A DNA stretch of 64,000 bases from positions 3,136,001-3,200,000 of the forward strand of contig CAVXRD010000002.1 in the NCBI GenBank assembly GCA_963764165.1, written 5' to 3'. The DNA comes from an uncultured Verrucomicrobiae bacterium (GTDB lineage Bacteria; Verrucomicrobiota; Verrucomicrobiia; Limisphaerales; Palsa-1400). A program made the position numbers and the translations under genes. Under the pieces are notes generated by a model that was not told where the DNA came from, did no database searches, and saw only the letters and a program-made list of their open reading frames with translations. How positions within the stretch are numbered: the stretch's first letter is position 1; each line of letters opens with the position of its first letter. Below, one piece after another: positions 1 to 9,627 of this stretch.

Positions 1-1082
1 ACGGGGTCTTGGACGTAATTTGTGCCCAATGGCGCGACATCAAGAGGAGTCGGCCCTTCATAGACCAGCACCCCACTCAGGCCTGGAGCCATCGCGATGG
101 CCATCTCGATATCGGCGGTGGCTTCGATGGCGTAATCGTAATTGGTGTCATTGCCGTCAAAACCGTCAATGAGCGTGTTTTGCAATGGGACCGACGGCAA
201 GCCCGCTTCGCCTTCGTAATCGCTGATGTCATCGGGATCGTATCCTGTCAACTCAAACAGAGCCACGTATTGCCCTGTGCCATCGAGCGCAACGCCAGGG
301 GCGTAGGCGTTCCGAAAATCGTAACCGAGATATGTGTTCTCGCCGCCGTTCCCGGCCGGACCCGACCCGCCACCGCCGAGAATTCGGACATCCGGCTTGG
401 GCAACGTGATTCCCGCACCGGGCGAGTTTCCAAGCCCGCGCGGTTTGGGAGTTTTGTAATTATCCAATCCGCTGATCGCCAGCACTGGAGTCGCCAAATC
501 CAGTGATGGTTCCACGTCTGGCGCGAAGAACGTCCGCGCTTCGGTCGGATGCTGATAGACCCGCATCGTCACGTGGAAAGCGTTCTCAATGTCTTCGACT
601 GATCCGCTCACGTCCAGCAGCGTCCGATTTGGATGGGTGCCCTTCACCACGAGCCCGTGGGATTTGGCAAAATCGATCACTTTCTGGTAATCCTCGGCGC
701 TCGGGCCAAATGAGGACGCAAATTCATCCGCCGTTAGAAAATGGCGAAAATGAGCGCTGGACGGCTGGGAAAGATCTTCCAGCAAGTTCGTCAATTTGTC
801 GCCATTGCGAAGCGGCAGGCCTATCGCCAGCTCCAGCCGCCTTCCGCTGTCGAGGCGGTCTACGGGTTGAAGTTGACGGGTTGCTTTCGGAACGTGACCT
901 TTGAGAACCTGCGGGGCTGCTTGCAATGATGAGGAAATCGAAAACCACATGGCGGCGGCCACGACCAATGCCGCAAGGCGGGGGACCTGGCGTTTTTTGG
1001 GGTGAGTTGCATCGGCGGCGGAGTGCGCCGGAAAAAAGTTGGAACCCGGGTTTCCCAACCAGATAGAAAAACTCCCTTGCAT
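1..1082 (-). CDS. Secreted S53 (sedolisin/kumamolisin) serine peptidase with pro-kumamolisin activation domain; 5' part only, runs off the left edge
   Basis: Hand translation of the minus strand (absent from the ORF track): ATG at 1082, signal-like KKRQVPRLAALVVAAAMWFSISSSLQA, prodomain LAIGLPLRN..FLTADEFASSFGPS..HPNRTLLDVSG..IENAFHV, catalytic E-x-x-x-D in IEATADIEMAIAMAPG. Confidence 0.9.
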   Translation of the reverse strand, partial: MQGSFSIWLGNPGSNFFPAHSAADATHPKKRQVPRLAALVVAAAMWFSISSSLQAAPQVLKGHVPKATRQLQPVDRLDSGRRLELAIGLPLRNGDKLTNLLEDLSQPSSAHFRHFLTADEFASSFGPSAEDYQKVIDFAKSHGLVVKGTHPNRTLLDVSGSVEDIENAFHVTMRVYQHPTEARTFFAPDVEPSLDLATPVLAISGLDNYKTPKPRGLGNSPGAGITLPKPDVRILGGGGSGPAGNGGENTYLGYDFRNAYAPGVALDGTGQYVALFELTGYDPDDISDYEGEAGLPSVPLQNTLIDGFDGNDTNYDYAIEATADIEMAIAMAPGLSGVLVYEGPTPLDVAPLGTNYVQDP

Positions 1083-1520
1083 GATAGCAAGTTTAACAGG
1101 CGCTCCGCCTTGCCGCAAGCGAATACGCATCGGGTCCGCAGAGCCTTGACTGGAGTGAATCCTTCGGATTAAAAACAATAACCCGAAAAACGGAACCGGA
1201 GGAGGGCCAGAGAGCCATCGCGCCCTGGCTTTCCTCAGTTCCAATTTGGGTAACACCTATTTTGAGTCAACCGGAAATAATCCGGCCTCATTTTAGGTAA
1301 CACTTGCTTTTGAGTTACGGCGGTGGCGCGAAGGTCAGCTTTTGGCAAGGCTGGCGCGCCGCGCGGAGCCGATGCCAAAGTGTGGGAGACACGTATGGCC
1401 CGGCATAAATATTGATCGGCCCCGGCGTGTTGCCTCTCGATAAAATGTTTCCCGCTGAATAAGCAAAAGAGGCTGGGATGACGGTATCTTTTTTTGTGAA
1501 TCCGCAACAACTACGCTCCT

Positions 1521-1570
1521 AAAATTGACACGGGGCATTGAAGCCGGACAATGCCCCGTGTCAATTTTTT
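1521..1570. terminator. Perfect 20-bp inverted repeat with A/T tails, likely a bidirectional intrinsic terminator
   Basis: aaaattgacacggggcattg-N8-caatgccccgtgtcaatttt(tt); lies downstream of the duplicated tRNA 3' end. Confidence 0.75.
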
Positions 1571-1707
1571 GAACTAGCATTATTAAGTGCGAGTGGGAGT
1601 CAAATCGGAGCAGAGGGCAGGGGGCGCAAATAAGTTTACAAAATCTGAACTGCGCACGCCCTATGATGGAACGCGTGCGCCGATCGGTTCCCAGGAAAAT
1701 CAAGGAC

Positions 1708-1739
1708 AAGTTGGTGCCGACGGAGGGGGTCGAACCCAC
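1708..1739 (-). repeat. att site: duplicated 3' end of tRNA-Leu
   Basis: aagttggtgccgacggagggggtcgaacccac, identical to 9333-9364 (32 bp). Confidence 0.95.
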
Positions 1740-2145
1740 TTCGTGAATTTCGTGAGTCTTCGTAAAAAGCGTGATTTCTCGGGGAATTATGTAGGTAATT
1801 CTCATATTCCCAAAAATGATGACTGTGCAGACTTATGAAGATTTACGAGGAAAATTAGTCAGGAAATGTCAGGAACTCTCTTTCGTGTCTAAAAATTAGG
1901 AATAGGCCGGCGCCGATGGCTGCCTATCTCGCAATCTCCAGGCGATTCTCCGGTATCCAACAGGAGATCGAAATCTTGTAAATCCATCGGCCATCTTTGA
2001 ACAACGACGCAACAACATAACCCTCGCACTCTGGGAACTCTTTGCCTGTGGTGCGAACTTCATTCAGTTCTGAAAAGCGAGCGTCCGTGGAGGCAGTATG
2101 ACGGGTGATTCGCTCGGATTCAATCCAACCTTGGCTCTCCTCCTC

Positions 2146-2913
2146 TTAAATCTCAATCTTTTCAAATTGCTTCTCGAGACTTTTTGTCCACTCAGCATAT
2201 TCCTTTAAATAATCCTCCCAAAGATCATCCTCCGTCTCGTCGGGATGCTTTGCCAAGTTGCTCAGAATTCGCTTTTTGCGCTCATTCGACGCCTTCATTC
2301 TGCCCGCTGGGTCGATCTTGCGTTCGGCAAAAAACTTGGTTACCGTTCTTACCGCCTCCCCGACTTGAGGAACGAAATGTTCCAAATTATAAATTGGGCA
2401 TCGCAATGCCATTAAATTGCCCTCAAAATTAAGCTCGAACCCATATCTGGAGTCCAAATGGTAAGGAGTGTTCGGATTCCAATCTGCCAAAAGTTCCGCG
2501 CCAAGTTGCTTAAGCCAATCGTGGTTAGGAACAGTTGACAACTCAAATTGACATTCGCACCACAATGGCCGTGCACCCTTCAAGTCATCTAGCAGGAAGG
2601 CCAAGCCCTTTTTCTTAATTGCGACATATAGTCCTGCGATGTAGGGGTGAAGCGGGCGGCCATGTCTTGATTCGTATTCGACGTCGCCGATGAGGATCCG
2701 TCCAGAATCGCCCTCAAAATATGGACGATCTCCAATAACCAATCGGTAAACTGCAGTATGGTCTGTCATAACCCCTCTTTCATTCAGAAAATCCGCCACT
2801 TTACGCCAGGAATATCCTTTCTCCCGCAGAGTCAAAATCGTCTTCCGGTGGCCTTGCAATTGAGACCTCGCAGGACTTTCCACGGCATCCTTCAGTATCG
2901 AATCAGTGTTCAT
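2146..2913 (-). CDS. Hypothetical protein with N-terminal HTH
   Basis: N-terminus ILTLREKGYSWRKVADFLNERGVMTDHTAVYR is HTH-like; ATG at 2913; the same frame stays open past the stop to 1924. Confidence 0.65.
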   Translation of the reverse strand: MNTDSILKDAVESPARSQLQGHRKTILTLREKGYSWRKVADFLNERGVMTDHTAVYRLVIGDRPYFEGDSGRILIGDVEYESRHGRPLHPYIAGLYVAIKKKGLAFLLDDLKGARPLWCECQFELSTVPNHDWLKQLGAELLADWNPNTPYHLDSRYGFELNFEGNLMALRCPIYNLEHFVPQVGEAVRTVTKFFAERKIDPAGRMKASNERKKRILSNLAKHPDETEDDLWEDYLKEYAEWTKSLEKQFEKIEI

Positions 2914-3034
2914 ATGCAACTAATTGAACCATTATGCAACAGTTTGCAACACACGCAAGATAAATTTTCGCCGAGTGTCTGATTCAGTCGTGGTTGGTCA
3001 TCCTTTGTCCAACCAGCCTTGATATTCTTCTCAA

Positions 3035-3379
3035 ATGAAAAATATCAAAGAGCCCAAAGAAATCATTCCAATCGGCCTTGACCCCAAACTCTTTCCATCC
3101 GAACGCCTGTTTTACTGGCTCACCAAACCCAGAAACCCCGTCCTGGCCTCCTCCGATCCGCTCACCCTGATGTTTATCCAAGCTTGGTTGACGACCGAGC
3201 CTGTGGAGTTCATTTATTTGGGCGGATCAAAACCAGGCTCATCTCGGAAAATTCAGGTCTCACTGGTGTTTCAGCACGAGGAGGAAGGTCGGATTTACGT
3301 GACTGGCTATTGTGCGGACCGAAAGGCGAATCGTGTGTTTGCGATGGATTTGATCATGACGATTTACGCTTGGAATTGA
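3035..3379 (+). CDS. Stand-alone WYL-domain protein
   Basis: VEFIYLGGS.PG..RKIQVSLVF......IYVTGYCADRKANRVFAMDLI fits the WYL pattern (Y..GYC..R...R.F..D.I). Confidence 0.7.
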   Translation: MKNIKEPKEIIPIGLDPKLFPSERLFYWLTKPRNPVLASSDPLTLMFIQAWLTTEPVEFIYLGGSKPGSSRKIQVSLVFQHEEEGRIYVTGYCADRKANRVFAMDLIMTIYAWN

Positions 3380-3542
3380 CGCATGTATCCGATTTTAAGC
3401 CGATAATTCCGCAGGGTTTTCTTCAACGAGATCGCGCCGATTCCGCCCTTGCCCAACATTGGACTCATGTGTATGAAGAGAGTCATGTCGAAATTGAGAA
3501 CAAGCGTGTGATGCCGCCAACAGGTTCCACGCGTAATCCGGC

Positions 3543-3914
3543 ATGAACTGGAAACTCATAGCCAAGCTGTCTGCCATCGGTGCGGGAACTCTGTCTGCCG
3601 GTCCAGCGGGTGCCGCGTTGGGAAGCACAATATCGCATTTGCTGGAGCACACGCCATCTGACCTGGGGAAGGTCGGAGAGATTTTGGAGAACGTGCTCGA
3701 ACATATCGGTGACGCGACCTCGCATGGTGCAAATGGCGGGCCCGTTGTTGACTTGGAAGTGCAGGCTTATAACAATTTATTCAAAGGTGGGCTAACCCTG
3801 TCGCCGTTAAGTAGCGCTGATAGCGGTCAGTTAGACATGCACGATTTTCCTGCCGACCTCGTTACGCTTCCGTCGAATATTGTGCAAAGCCTTAGCCTGT
3901 ATGCGAGGCCATAA
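3543..3914 (+). CDS. Hypothetical protein, possibly a fragment
   Basis: 123-aa ORF with Gly/Ala-rich hydrophobic N-terminus. Confidence 0.4.
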   Translation: MNWKLIAKLSAIGAGTLSAGPAGAALGSTISHLLEHTPSDLGKVGEILENVLEHIGDATSHGANGGPVVDLEVQAYNNLFKGGLTLSPLSSADSGQLDMHDFPADLVTLPSNIVQSLSLYARP

Positions 3915-3935
3915 CGCTGCCAGTGTCGTTTTTAT

Positions 3936-4841
3936 ATGAAAATTGCTTATCAATTCTATTTATTTACATTTCTATCTGGATTTTGGGTGAATGCCCAGCC
4001 AGCGCCGGGAGGGACAATTGCGGGCGTCAGACAGACCATAAATTCTGGCGCGTACGTTAGTGTTAGCCAAGAGAATAATCCGTTTTACCACCAAGCGCGT
4101 CCGCCGACAAACGCCCCTTCTACGAAAAATGATCTTCGCAATTATTACCAAGACGTTGATACGCTTCAGGCCTTCAGCTTTAGCGGATTTTGTACGATTA
4201 TGGGTGGAACTGCGTATATGTATAAGCGCAACTGCCATGATTTCGCTTGGGGTCCGTGGATGCTAGACGGACCTCCTATCATTGGTGCAACCTACGCTCA
4301 ACATGAGGCGTGGTGGATGGGCGAACCTAACGACGCTACTTCGTGGCCGTACAAGAATTGGCAAGCAGCAGATGGTAGCTTTAAAGTCGGTGCCATAGGC
4401 ACCAAAGACACGAACGGAGAGTATACATTCTCTCTCGCGAGCCTGCAAGGGTTTATAGGTAATTATATAAATAGTACCGCAACGCCGTTCGCTCCGGCGC
4501 CGCCATTTTATTCATTGCCTAGCCCTCCTAACGCCCTTACAGCTGCATTCCGACCGATTATTCCCCTGCCAGTCTGCCCGTTAACTAATTCGGTTCCGAT
4601 GGCGTCAACCGAATGGCCTGTACATTCAGCGTTGCTTATTGGGTGGATTCCGACGGCTGACAATTCGAACGCGCACGGTGTCTTCGTTTCTAAGTGGGGT
4701 AACATGGGAGTTTATGTTCATCGTTGGGGAGTTACATATTGCGATTCGACCTACTGTAATGCCTCTAACATTTATGTGTTTGTCCCTTGGAAGGGATGGG
4801 GATCACCGCCGCCCTATAATATCGTCGTAACTCCCTGGTGA
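3936..4841 (+). CDS. Secreted protein with putative papain-like Cys/His catalytic motifs
   Basis: Signal peptide; motifs RNCHDFAW, PVHSALL, FVSKWG..GVYVH. Confidence 0.6.
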   Translation: MKIAYQFYLFTFLSGFWVNAQPAPGGTIAGVRQTINSGAYVSVSQENNPFYHQARPPTNAPSTKNDLRNYYQDVDTLQAFSFSGFCTIMGGTAYMYKRNCHDFAWGPWMLDGPPIIGATYAQHEAWWMGEPNDATSWPYKNWQAADGSFKVGAIGTKDTNGEYTFSLASLQGFIGNYINSTATPFAPAPPFYSLPSPPNALTAAFRPIIPLPVCPLTNSVPMASTEWPVHSALLIGWIPTADNSNAHGVFVSKWGNMGVYVHRWGVTYCDSTYCNASNIYVFVPWKGWGSPPPYNIVVTPW

Positions 4842-5452
4842 TGACCGCGAAAATGTGGTATACGTTTGGTATGTACGCAAGGATCGTTTGTTTATATATA
4901 GTGGCGTTATGTTTTATTTTCAGTGTTGAAGTGCCATTGGGTGCACAAGACGCTAAGAGAGCGGTAACAAATGCGTACGGATTTGCGATTTACATCGGTG
5001 ATGGGGTCGCCGGAAGAGGAGACGAAGTGCTTCCCGACGTTAAGTTGATGATCCCGATTTTGTGCGATAAAGATTTTGTTTCGATCCAAACTAATGGACA
5101 CGGCTTTGTCATTACGCGCAATGCAGTGCGAAAGTTGCTTGAAGAATTGCAGCGCCCTTTCACTTTTAAAAGACCCGACGAGCTTGTTTGGCCAGATACA
5201 CCGTTTATTCTGGCGGTCGATGGAGAAGCCGTATACAAGGGGGTTTTTACCTCTTTACGGTCGAGCGCTAATTTTCATATACCGAGACTAATGGTTATAG
5301 ACCGCAGGCTGGAGTTGGGCGGAACTAATAGCGTGGAGTTTTATATTGAGGGGCCCGAAAAGTCATGTGGGGATGAGCGGATTGTCAGGAAGGCGAGGCA
5401 ATTGGCGTTGCGTTTAGGCGATGTTGTTAAGACTCCCGGGCACGGGCCATGA
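4838..5452 (+). CDS. Hypothetical exported protein
   Basis: Overlaps the upstream stop (GTGA); hydrophobic N-terminus. Confidence 0.6.
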   Translation: MMTAKMWYTFGMYARIVCLYIVALCFIFSVEVPLGAQDAKRAVTNAYGFAIYIGDGVAGRGDEVLPDVKLMIPILCDKDFVSIQTNGHGFVITRNAVRKLLEELQRPFTFKRPDELVWPDTPFILAVDGEAVYKGVFTSLRSSANFHIPRLMVIDRRLELGGTNSVEFYIEGPEKSCGDERIVRKARQLALRLGDVVKTPGHGP

Positions 5453-5793
5453 TTCATAATCAGTAGAGACGTCAAACTCAATTTACGCGGCGGTACTCAT
5501 TTGGGTGTTGATTTTGCCCGTGAGTGATGTTGCTTAAGTTTAAGATTTATCTCCGCCGTTTCCAAATATAGAGACCAATCGCGCTCCTCGTCCAAGAACG
5601 TGCAATCAGCCAGACCGAGGCCACCCACATTCGCGCAGTGCACAGGCAGATGCTTGAAGAAGAAGTCCAGATTGCATGTCCCGGCGTTGGTAAAAGCCCA
5701 ATTATAACCTTCGCACGTGGACTAGCCGACGTTTACATCAAAAGGCCAGGATTCGATGGTGGACATGGTTTTCGTGACCACAAAAGACCGCGA

Positions 5794-6318
5794 TCATCTC
5801 TTTCCCTGCCGGTATGCCGGGACGAAGCCTTTGATTCTCAAAGCTTGGCGCTTTCTCGTTACTGACATCACGCTGCGACCTAGGCATAGGGAGATGATTC
5901 GATCCGCGTCTGTGCCAAGAATTCTGACTTCTGAATCCCTCCACGGACTTTTCTTGAGCGGGGCGCGCAGCCGAATACCCAAGGAATGTCTCCTCGCTCG
6001 GATACTCTTGGATGTTCGCTTGATGATTCGCGCCAGCTCAGTTGTCGAGAGCTTCGAGAGCAGTTTTTCTTCTTCAGGAATCCACGGGTCCGATTTGGTC
6101 GCCTTTGGAAATTTCCCAGTTCTCAAATAACGCTGGCGGCGAGCCTCAAACCGCTCCTTCCACCCAGCTTTCATCGCAGCGAAGAGGTGTTTTTTATGCG
6201 GTTTGGAGAGCACTTTGCCTTGCATCGCGGCCGATTGCTTAGCCCGGCTTTCAGGGCGTTTAGCCAATTCCACTCCAAGCTCGACCAGCCTATGTGCTCC
6301 GGCGCTCCTCCCCTTCAA
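5794..6318 (-). CDS. Basic protein with two Myb/SANT-like HTH repeats
   Basis: PWIPEEEKLL..LSTTELARIIKRTSKSIRARRHSLGI and PWRDSEVRILGT.ADRIISLCLGRSVMSVTRKRQALRI; start uncertain. Confidence 0.6.
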   Translation of the reverse strand: MKGRSAGAHRLVELGVELAKRPESRAKQSAAMQGKVLSKPHKKHLFAAMKAGWKERFEARRQRYLRTGKFPKATKSDPWIPEEEKLLSKLSTTELARIIKRTSKSIRARRHSLGIRLRAPLKKSPWRDSEVRILGTDADRIISLCLGRSVMSVTRKRQALRIKGFVPAYRQGKR

Positions 6319-6386
6319 ACCAAGCGCCCTTCGCCAATTAGTGATCGTGCTGTGCGATACACCCCAATGATAAGCGATGGCGGTGG

Positions 6387-6524
6387 CTGCTTCAGACCAC
6401 GCGCACCGTTGACGCTTGGATGGCTGCGGGAAAATTACCGTATTTCAAGATTGGTCGTTCCGTCCTGTTTGATTGGACCGATGTTCAGCGCCATCTGAAC
6501 GAATACTTCCACGTCTCTCGATAA
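6387..6524 (+). pseudogene. Excisionase-like (HTH_17) remnant lacking an in-frame start
   Basis: LLQTTRTVDAWMAAGKLPYFKIGRSVLFDWTDVQRHLNEYFHVSR*; in-frame TGA at 6342 and no ATG/GTG/TTG before the HTH. Confidence 0.7.
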
Positions 6525-6827
6525 TCAAAAATGAAAGCCACGATCTCGATCAAAAGTATGCTGCGTTTCATATCAATCGGCTTTTTCGCGTTGGTTGGTT
6601 TTGGGGGAATCCAATGGCGGACGCCGGATGACCCAATTGCAGACAAGGAATTCGCCAGGCCTTCGTCATTACACAAGGCGGCCATCCAAGGCCGTGCGAT
6701 GCCGTCTGCGGAACACGGGACCACTAACACCAGCCGTATCCACAATTTCAGTTCAACGCCGATCAACAGCAGGAGCGGCGACGCTGGGGCTCCTGCATCT
6801 AACAAAATACAACAGAAAGGAAAAGAC

Positions 6828-7148
6828 ATGTTGTTCCAGTCAACAAAAACAACTGGGCGCCTGCCGCCGCCGGATACGTATCTGGCGGGCTTTCAGCAGG
6901 TCAAATCGAAAAACGAAGGCAAAAAACTCGCACTGGGATTCAAGCTCGATGCGTTCGACGACTTGGTTGTCAAGGACGTGATGGCGTCCTTAGACACCGG
7001 TCCTCTTCGCGCCGATCTTGAAACAATTCAGGGTCGTCCATTCAGTGACCAGGAAGCCAAAGCAGGCGTCGACCCAGAAAAACTCCTCGGCAAAAAGTGC
7101 AGGGTTGTCGTTATTCGCAAGCGCGCGTCGGGTGGCAGGGAGGTTTGA
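6828..7148 (+). CDS. Phage-type putative ssDNA-binding (OB-fold-like) protein, apparently C-terminally truncated
   Basis: Purine-rich RBS before ATG 6828; PPPDTY.A..... D.EKLLGKKCRVVV pattern resembles phage SSB-like proteins; the ORF can extend upstream to 6531. Confidence 0.45.
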   Translation: MLFQSTKTTGRLPPPDTYLAGFQQVKSKNEGKKLALGFKLDAFDDLVVKDVMASLDTGPLRADLETIQGRPFSDQEAKAGVDPEKLLGKKCRVVVIRKRASGGREV

Positions 7149-7277
7149 GTGGTGAGGCGGGCAAACCTCAAGCATTATCATCTTCCCCTGGTTCTAAACC
7201 AGAAACACCGAATGTCGGACAGCCTACAACCCATATTGGAGCACCGCGACTTGGGCCAGAACCAGGCGAAACTGTGG

Positions 7278-7873
7278 CTATCGGACGGCGCAGAAAAATG
7301 GCTGGCGTGCTAATGGGATCGGCTGTCCTAATAGTTGCATTACGAATCTATTGGATAATATTCGTGCAACAATCCGAGAGTGAGCGGTATCTCGTCAAAC
7401 AATCATTGATTTACTCGAAAATATCTCCGTTTGCTTTAACGACTGCCAATAATCAAATTTCCCACCAGCAATCATCAGCCCGTCCATTCGAAATCTATGC
7501 GGAGTCCAGATATTATGAGAGGGATGATAACCCCCTCAACCTCGAAATCGTTTTTGAGCCAAGCGGAACGTGCAAAGATTTGTGTGTTCGGTGGGCAGAC
7601 CTTTCTATAGAACTAACATACGCAACCAGCAAGACAAATGTGACCGCTAGACATAGATGCTGGGATTCGAAACATCCAATCATAATTGAACTTCCCGATC
7701 GTCATACCACACCACAAACGGTTCGGATTACTGGCAAGTATGGTATGATTTTCCGTTTTAAGCCAAACGTGAAAGAGGTTCGCGTCCCACCTGAGACGAC
7801 GGAAGAGGATTTTAGGGTGAACGTGGCTATCGAAGAGGGATATGTGATTGACACGTTGTTTTTTTGTGATTAA
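7278..7873 (+). CDS. Hypothetical protein with N-terminal TM anchor
   Basis: MAGVLMGSAVLIVALRIYWIIFV followed by a soluble domain. Confidence 0.5.
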
Positions 7874-7992
7874 TGCGACGAACAAATCAAAACTATAAAT
7901 TTCTCTGTCAGAGCTTGCGCCATGGTCTGACTGTTGCACCGTTACGCCAATGACCGTGAGTTTCCATCGCCAAAGTTGCTCCATTTTTGTAT

Positions 7993-9273
7993 TCACTCTT
8001 GATTTTTCCCATCTCGGGCAAGGTGCTCTAGGGCGGAATTCGTTGGAAAGATGGAAAACCACGCCGTTGCTGCTGCTGGGGTCACCAATTCGCGATAATG
8101 CTGGAAAATCATCTGAGGTGAATTCCCAGCCTCCAACGCGACCTCCGCCGTGTTTTTGATCTGAGCCAGCCTGTAAGAGCAATATGAATGACGGAGAGCA
8201 TTACGCCGCCATTCAACTGCTGGTTTCAGTTTTGATTTGGGATGTTTAGGGTCATTTGGACGAGTGTTGTCAATTAGTCGGTATATAGCACTGGAAATGC
8301 CAATAATCTCGACGACGGGGCCTTCGCGCTTCGCGTAGGGTTTGAGCCAGGCTCGTAGGTTTGGCTGAATGGGGATCAACCGGCGCGAATTGGTTTTAGC
8401 AATGCTCGCATCGACCGTAATGTATCCTGTTTCCAAATTGACCTTGGACCAATCCAAGCGACTAATCTCTGCGCTTCTCAGTCCCGCGAATGCTCCAATG
8501 GCTAAAAAGGGCAGCAGATTATTGCTTGCCAACGAAAATAATTGTTCCAATTCCTCAGGAGTGAAGATTGCCACCTGCTCGCTTTTTATCTTCCACAAGG
8601 GAACAGAGTCAAACTCCCGCCAATCAGCCGGTAAATATTTTCTCGATTTCGCAAAAGCAAAAAGCGTTTGGACCGCCAACCGACAGTTGTTTCGAGTCCT
8701 GTTTGCGACTGGCATGGCCTGCAGCCAGTCTCTGATTTTCTCCATCGGCACGCTCGCCAAGTTGCATTGGAAATCCTTGGCGAATTTTCCGCCCCTGATT
8801 TTGAGATCTCGCAAATACAGATCGCTTAATCCCTCGTCGCGTTTGGCTTTCAACATCTCATCCAGCACCTCGGAGACGGTCTTATTGGGAAGATCGCGCA
8901 GTTTGTGCTGGGCATAATATTGGGCGACATCCACCAGTGACGCTCTCTTGGCGATCCTCTTGGCATCCCGGTATTCGAAGGCGATGGAATCAAGCGAAAG
9001 ATCGAATTCTGCCAAAGCGCTCTTGGCTCGCACAAAGGCCAGGCGGTCTTCACCAGATAATTGAATTATTTCCGCTTCCCCCTTCGACAGGCTGTTCACC
9101 ATGCTGCTTGCATGAAGTTCTGCTGCCGCTAACGATGCAAAGGCTTTGCGCTTTCGGATTGCCCCCTCGAACCAAGCCACAGTGAATGAATCACACCCAT
9201 GCGACGGTGTTTTGTAAATTGTCGCCTTCGTCTGGCCAACCCGAACAACTTTAGGGAATTCGACTTTCCTCAT
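7993..9273 (-). CDS. int: Tyrosine recombinase / phage integrase
   Basis: GLRSAE, K(TNSRR), NALRHSYCSY, GNSPQMIFQHY; start MRKVEFP at 9273 (the longer ORF overlaps the tRNA). Confidence 0.93.
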   Translation of the reverse strand: MRKVEFPKVVRVGQTKATIYKTPSHGCDSFTVAWFEGAIRKRKAFASLAAAELHASSMVNSLSKGEAEIIQLSGEDRLAFVRAKSALAEFDLSLDSIAFEYRDAKRIAKRASLVDVAQYYAQHKLRDLPNKTVSEVLDEMLKAKRDEGLSDLYLRDLKIRGGKFAKDFQCNLASVPMEKIRDWLQAMPVANRTRNNCRLAVQTLFAFAKSRKYLPADWREFDSVPLWKIKSEQVAIFTPEELEQLFSLASNNLLPFLAIGAFAGLRSAEISRLDWSKVNLETGYITVDASIAKTNSRRLIPIQPNLRAWLKPYAKREGPVVEIIGISSAIYRLIDNTRPNDPKHPKSKLKPAVEWRRNALRHSYCSYRLAQIKNTAEVALEAGNSPQMIFQHYRELVTPAAATAWFSIFPTNSALEHLARDGKNQE

Positions 9274-9336
9274 CCTGCAGATTGTCAGGAATTGGTCAGG
9301 AAAGTCAATGTTGCCGAGGCTTTCCCAGTAAAAAGT

Positions 9337-9423
9337 TGGTGCCGACGGAGGGGGTCGAACCCACACACTCTTCCGAGTACTAGATTTTGAGTCTAGCGCG
9401 TCTGCCAATTCCGCCACATCGGC
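9337..9423 (-). tRNA. tRNA-Leu(CAA)
   Basis: GCCGATGTGGCGGAATTGGCAGACGCG-CTAGA CTCAAAA TCTAG, long variable arm, GGTTCGACCCC, ends GGCACCA. Confidence 0.97.
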
Positions 9424-9627
9424 TTAATAACCAACCACTTACATCTGCAATTTTGGCAATTTCCAATTTTGTGTCCCGCCTTTGTATCCCGGACACCCGA
9501 AAATACTCATCCGAGAACGCCATTTCGTCAAGCAATACTGGGAGACCAGTTCCACCGGATGGGAAAACATTCTCTGTCCTTTAGGGCTGTTTATTTCGCA
9601 CTGAAGGGTGAATGATTGGATTCGCCC

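Larger units (their letters stand above)
1708..9364. mobile_element. tRNA-Leu-integrated genomic island (~7.6 kb), decaying
   Basis: 32-bp direct repeats at both ends, adjacent tyrosine integrase, excisionase-like remnant, AT-richer cargo genes. Confidence 0.9.

Noticed and set aside
9..929. Plus-strand ORFs 9-506, 503-904, 741-929
   Set aside because: Antisense shadows of the S53 peptidase gene
1335..1805. 156-aa minus-strand ORF
   Set aside because: Crosses the att site and the terminator hairpin; no recognisable motifs
9274..9417. N-terminal extension of the 474-aa integrase ORF
   Set aside because: It is a translation of the tRNA-Leu gene; ATG at 9273 is the plausible start
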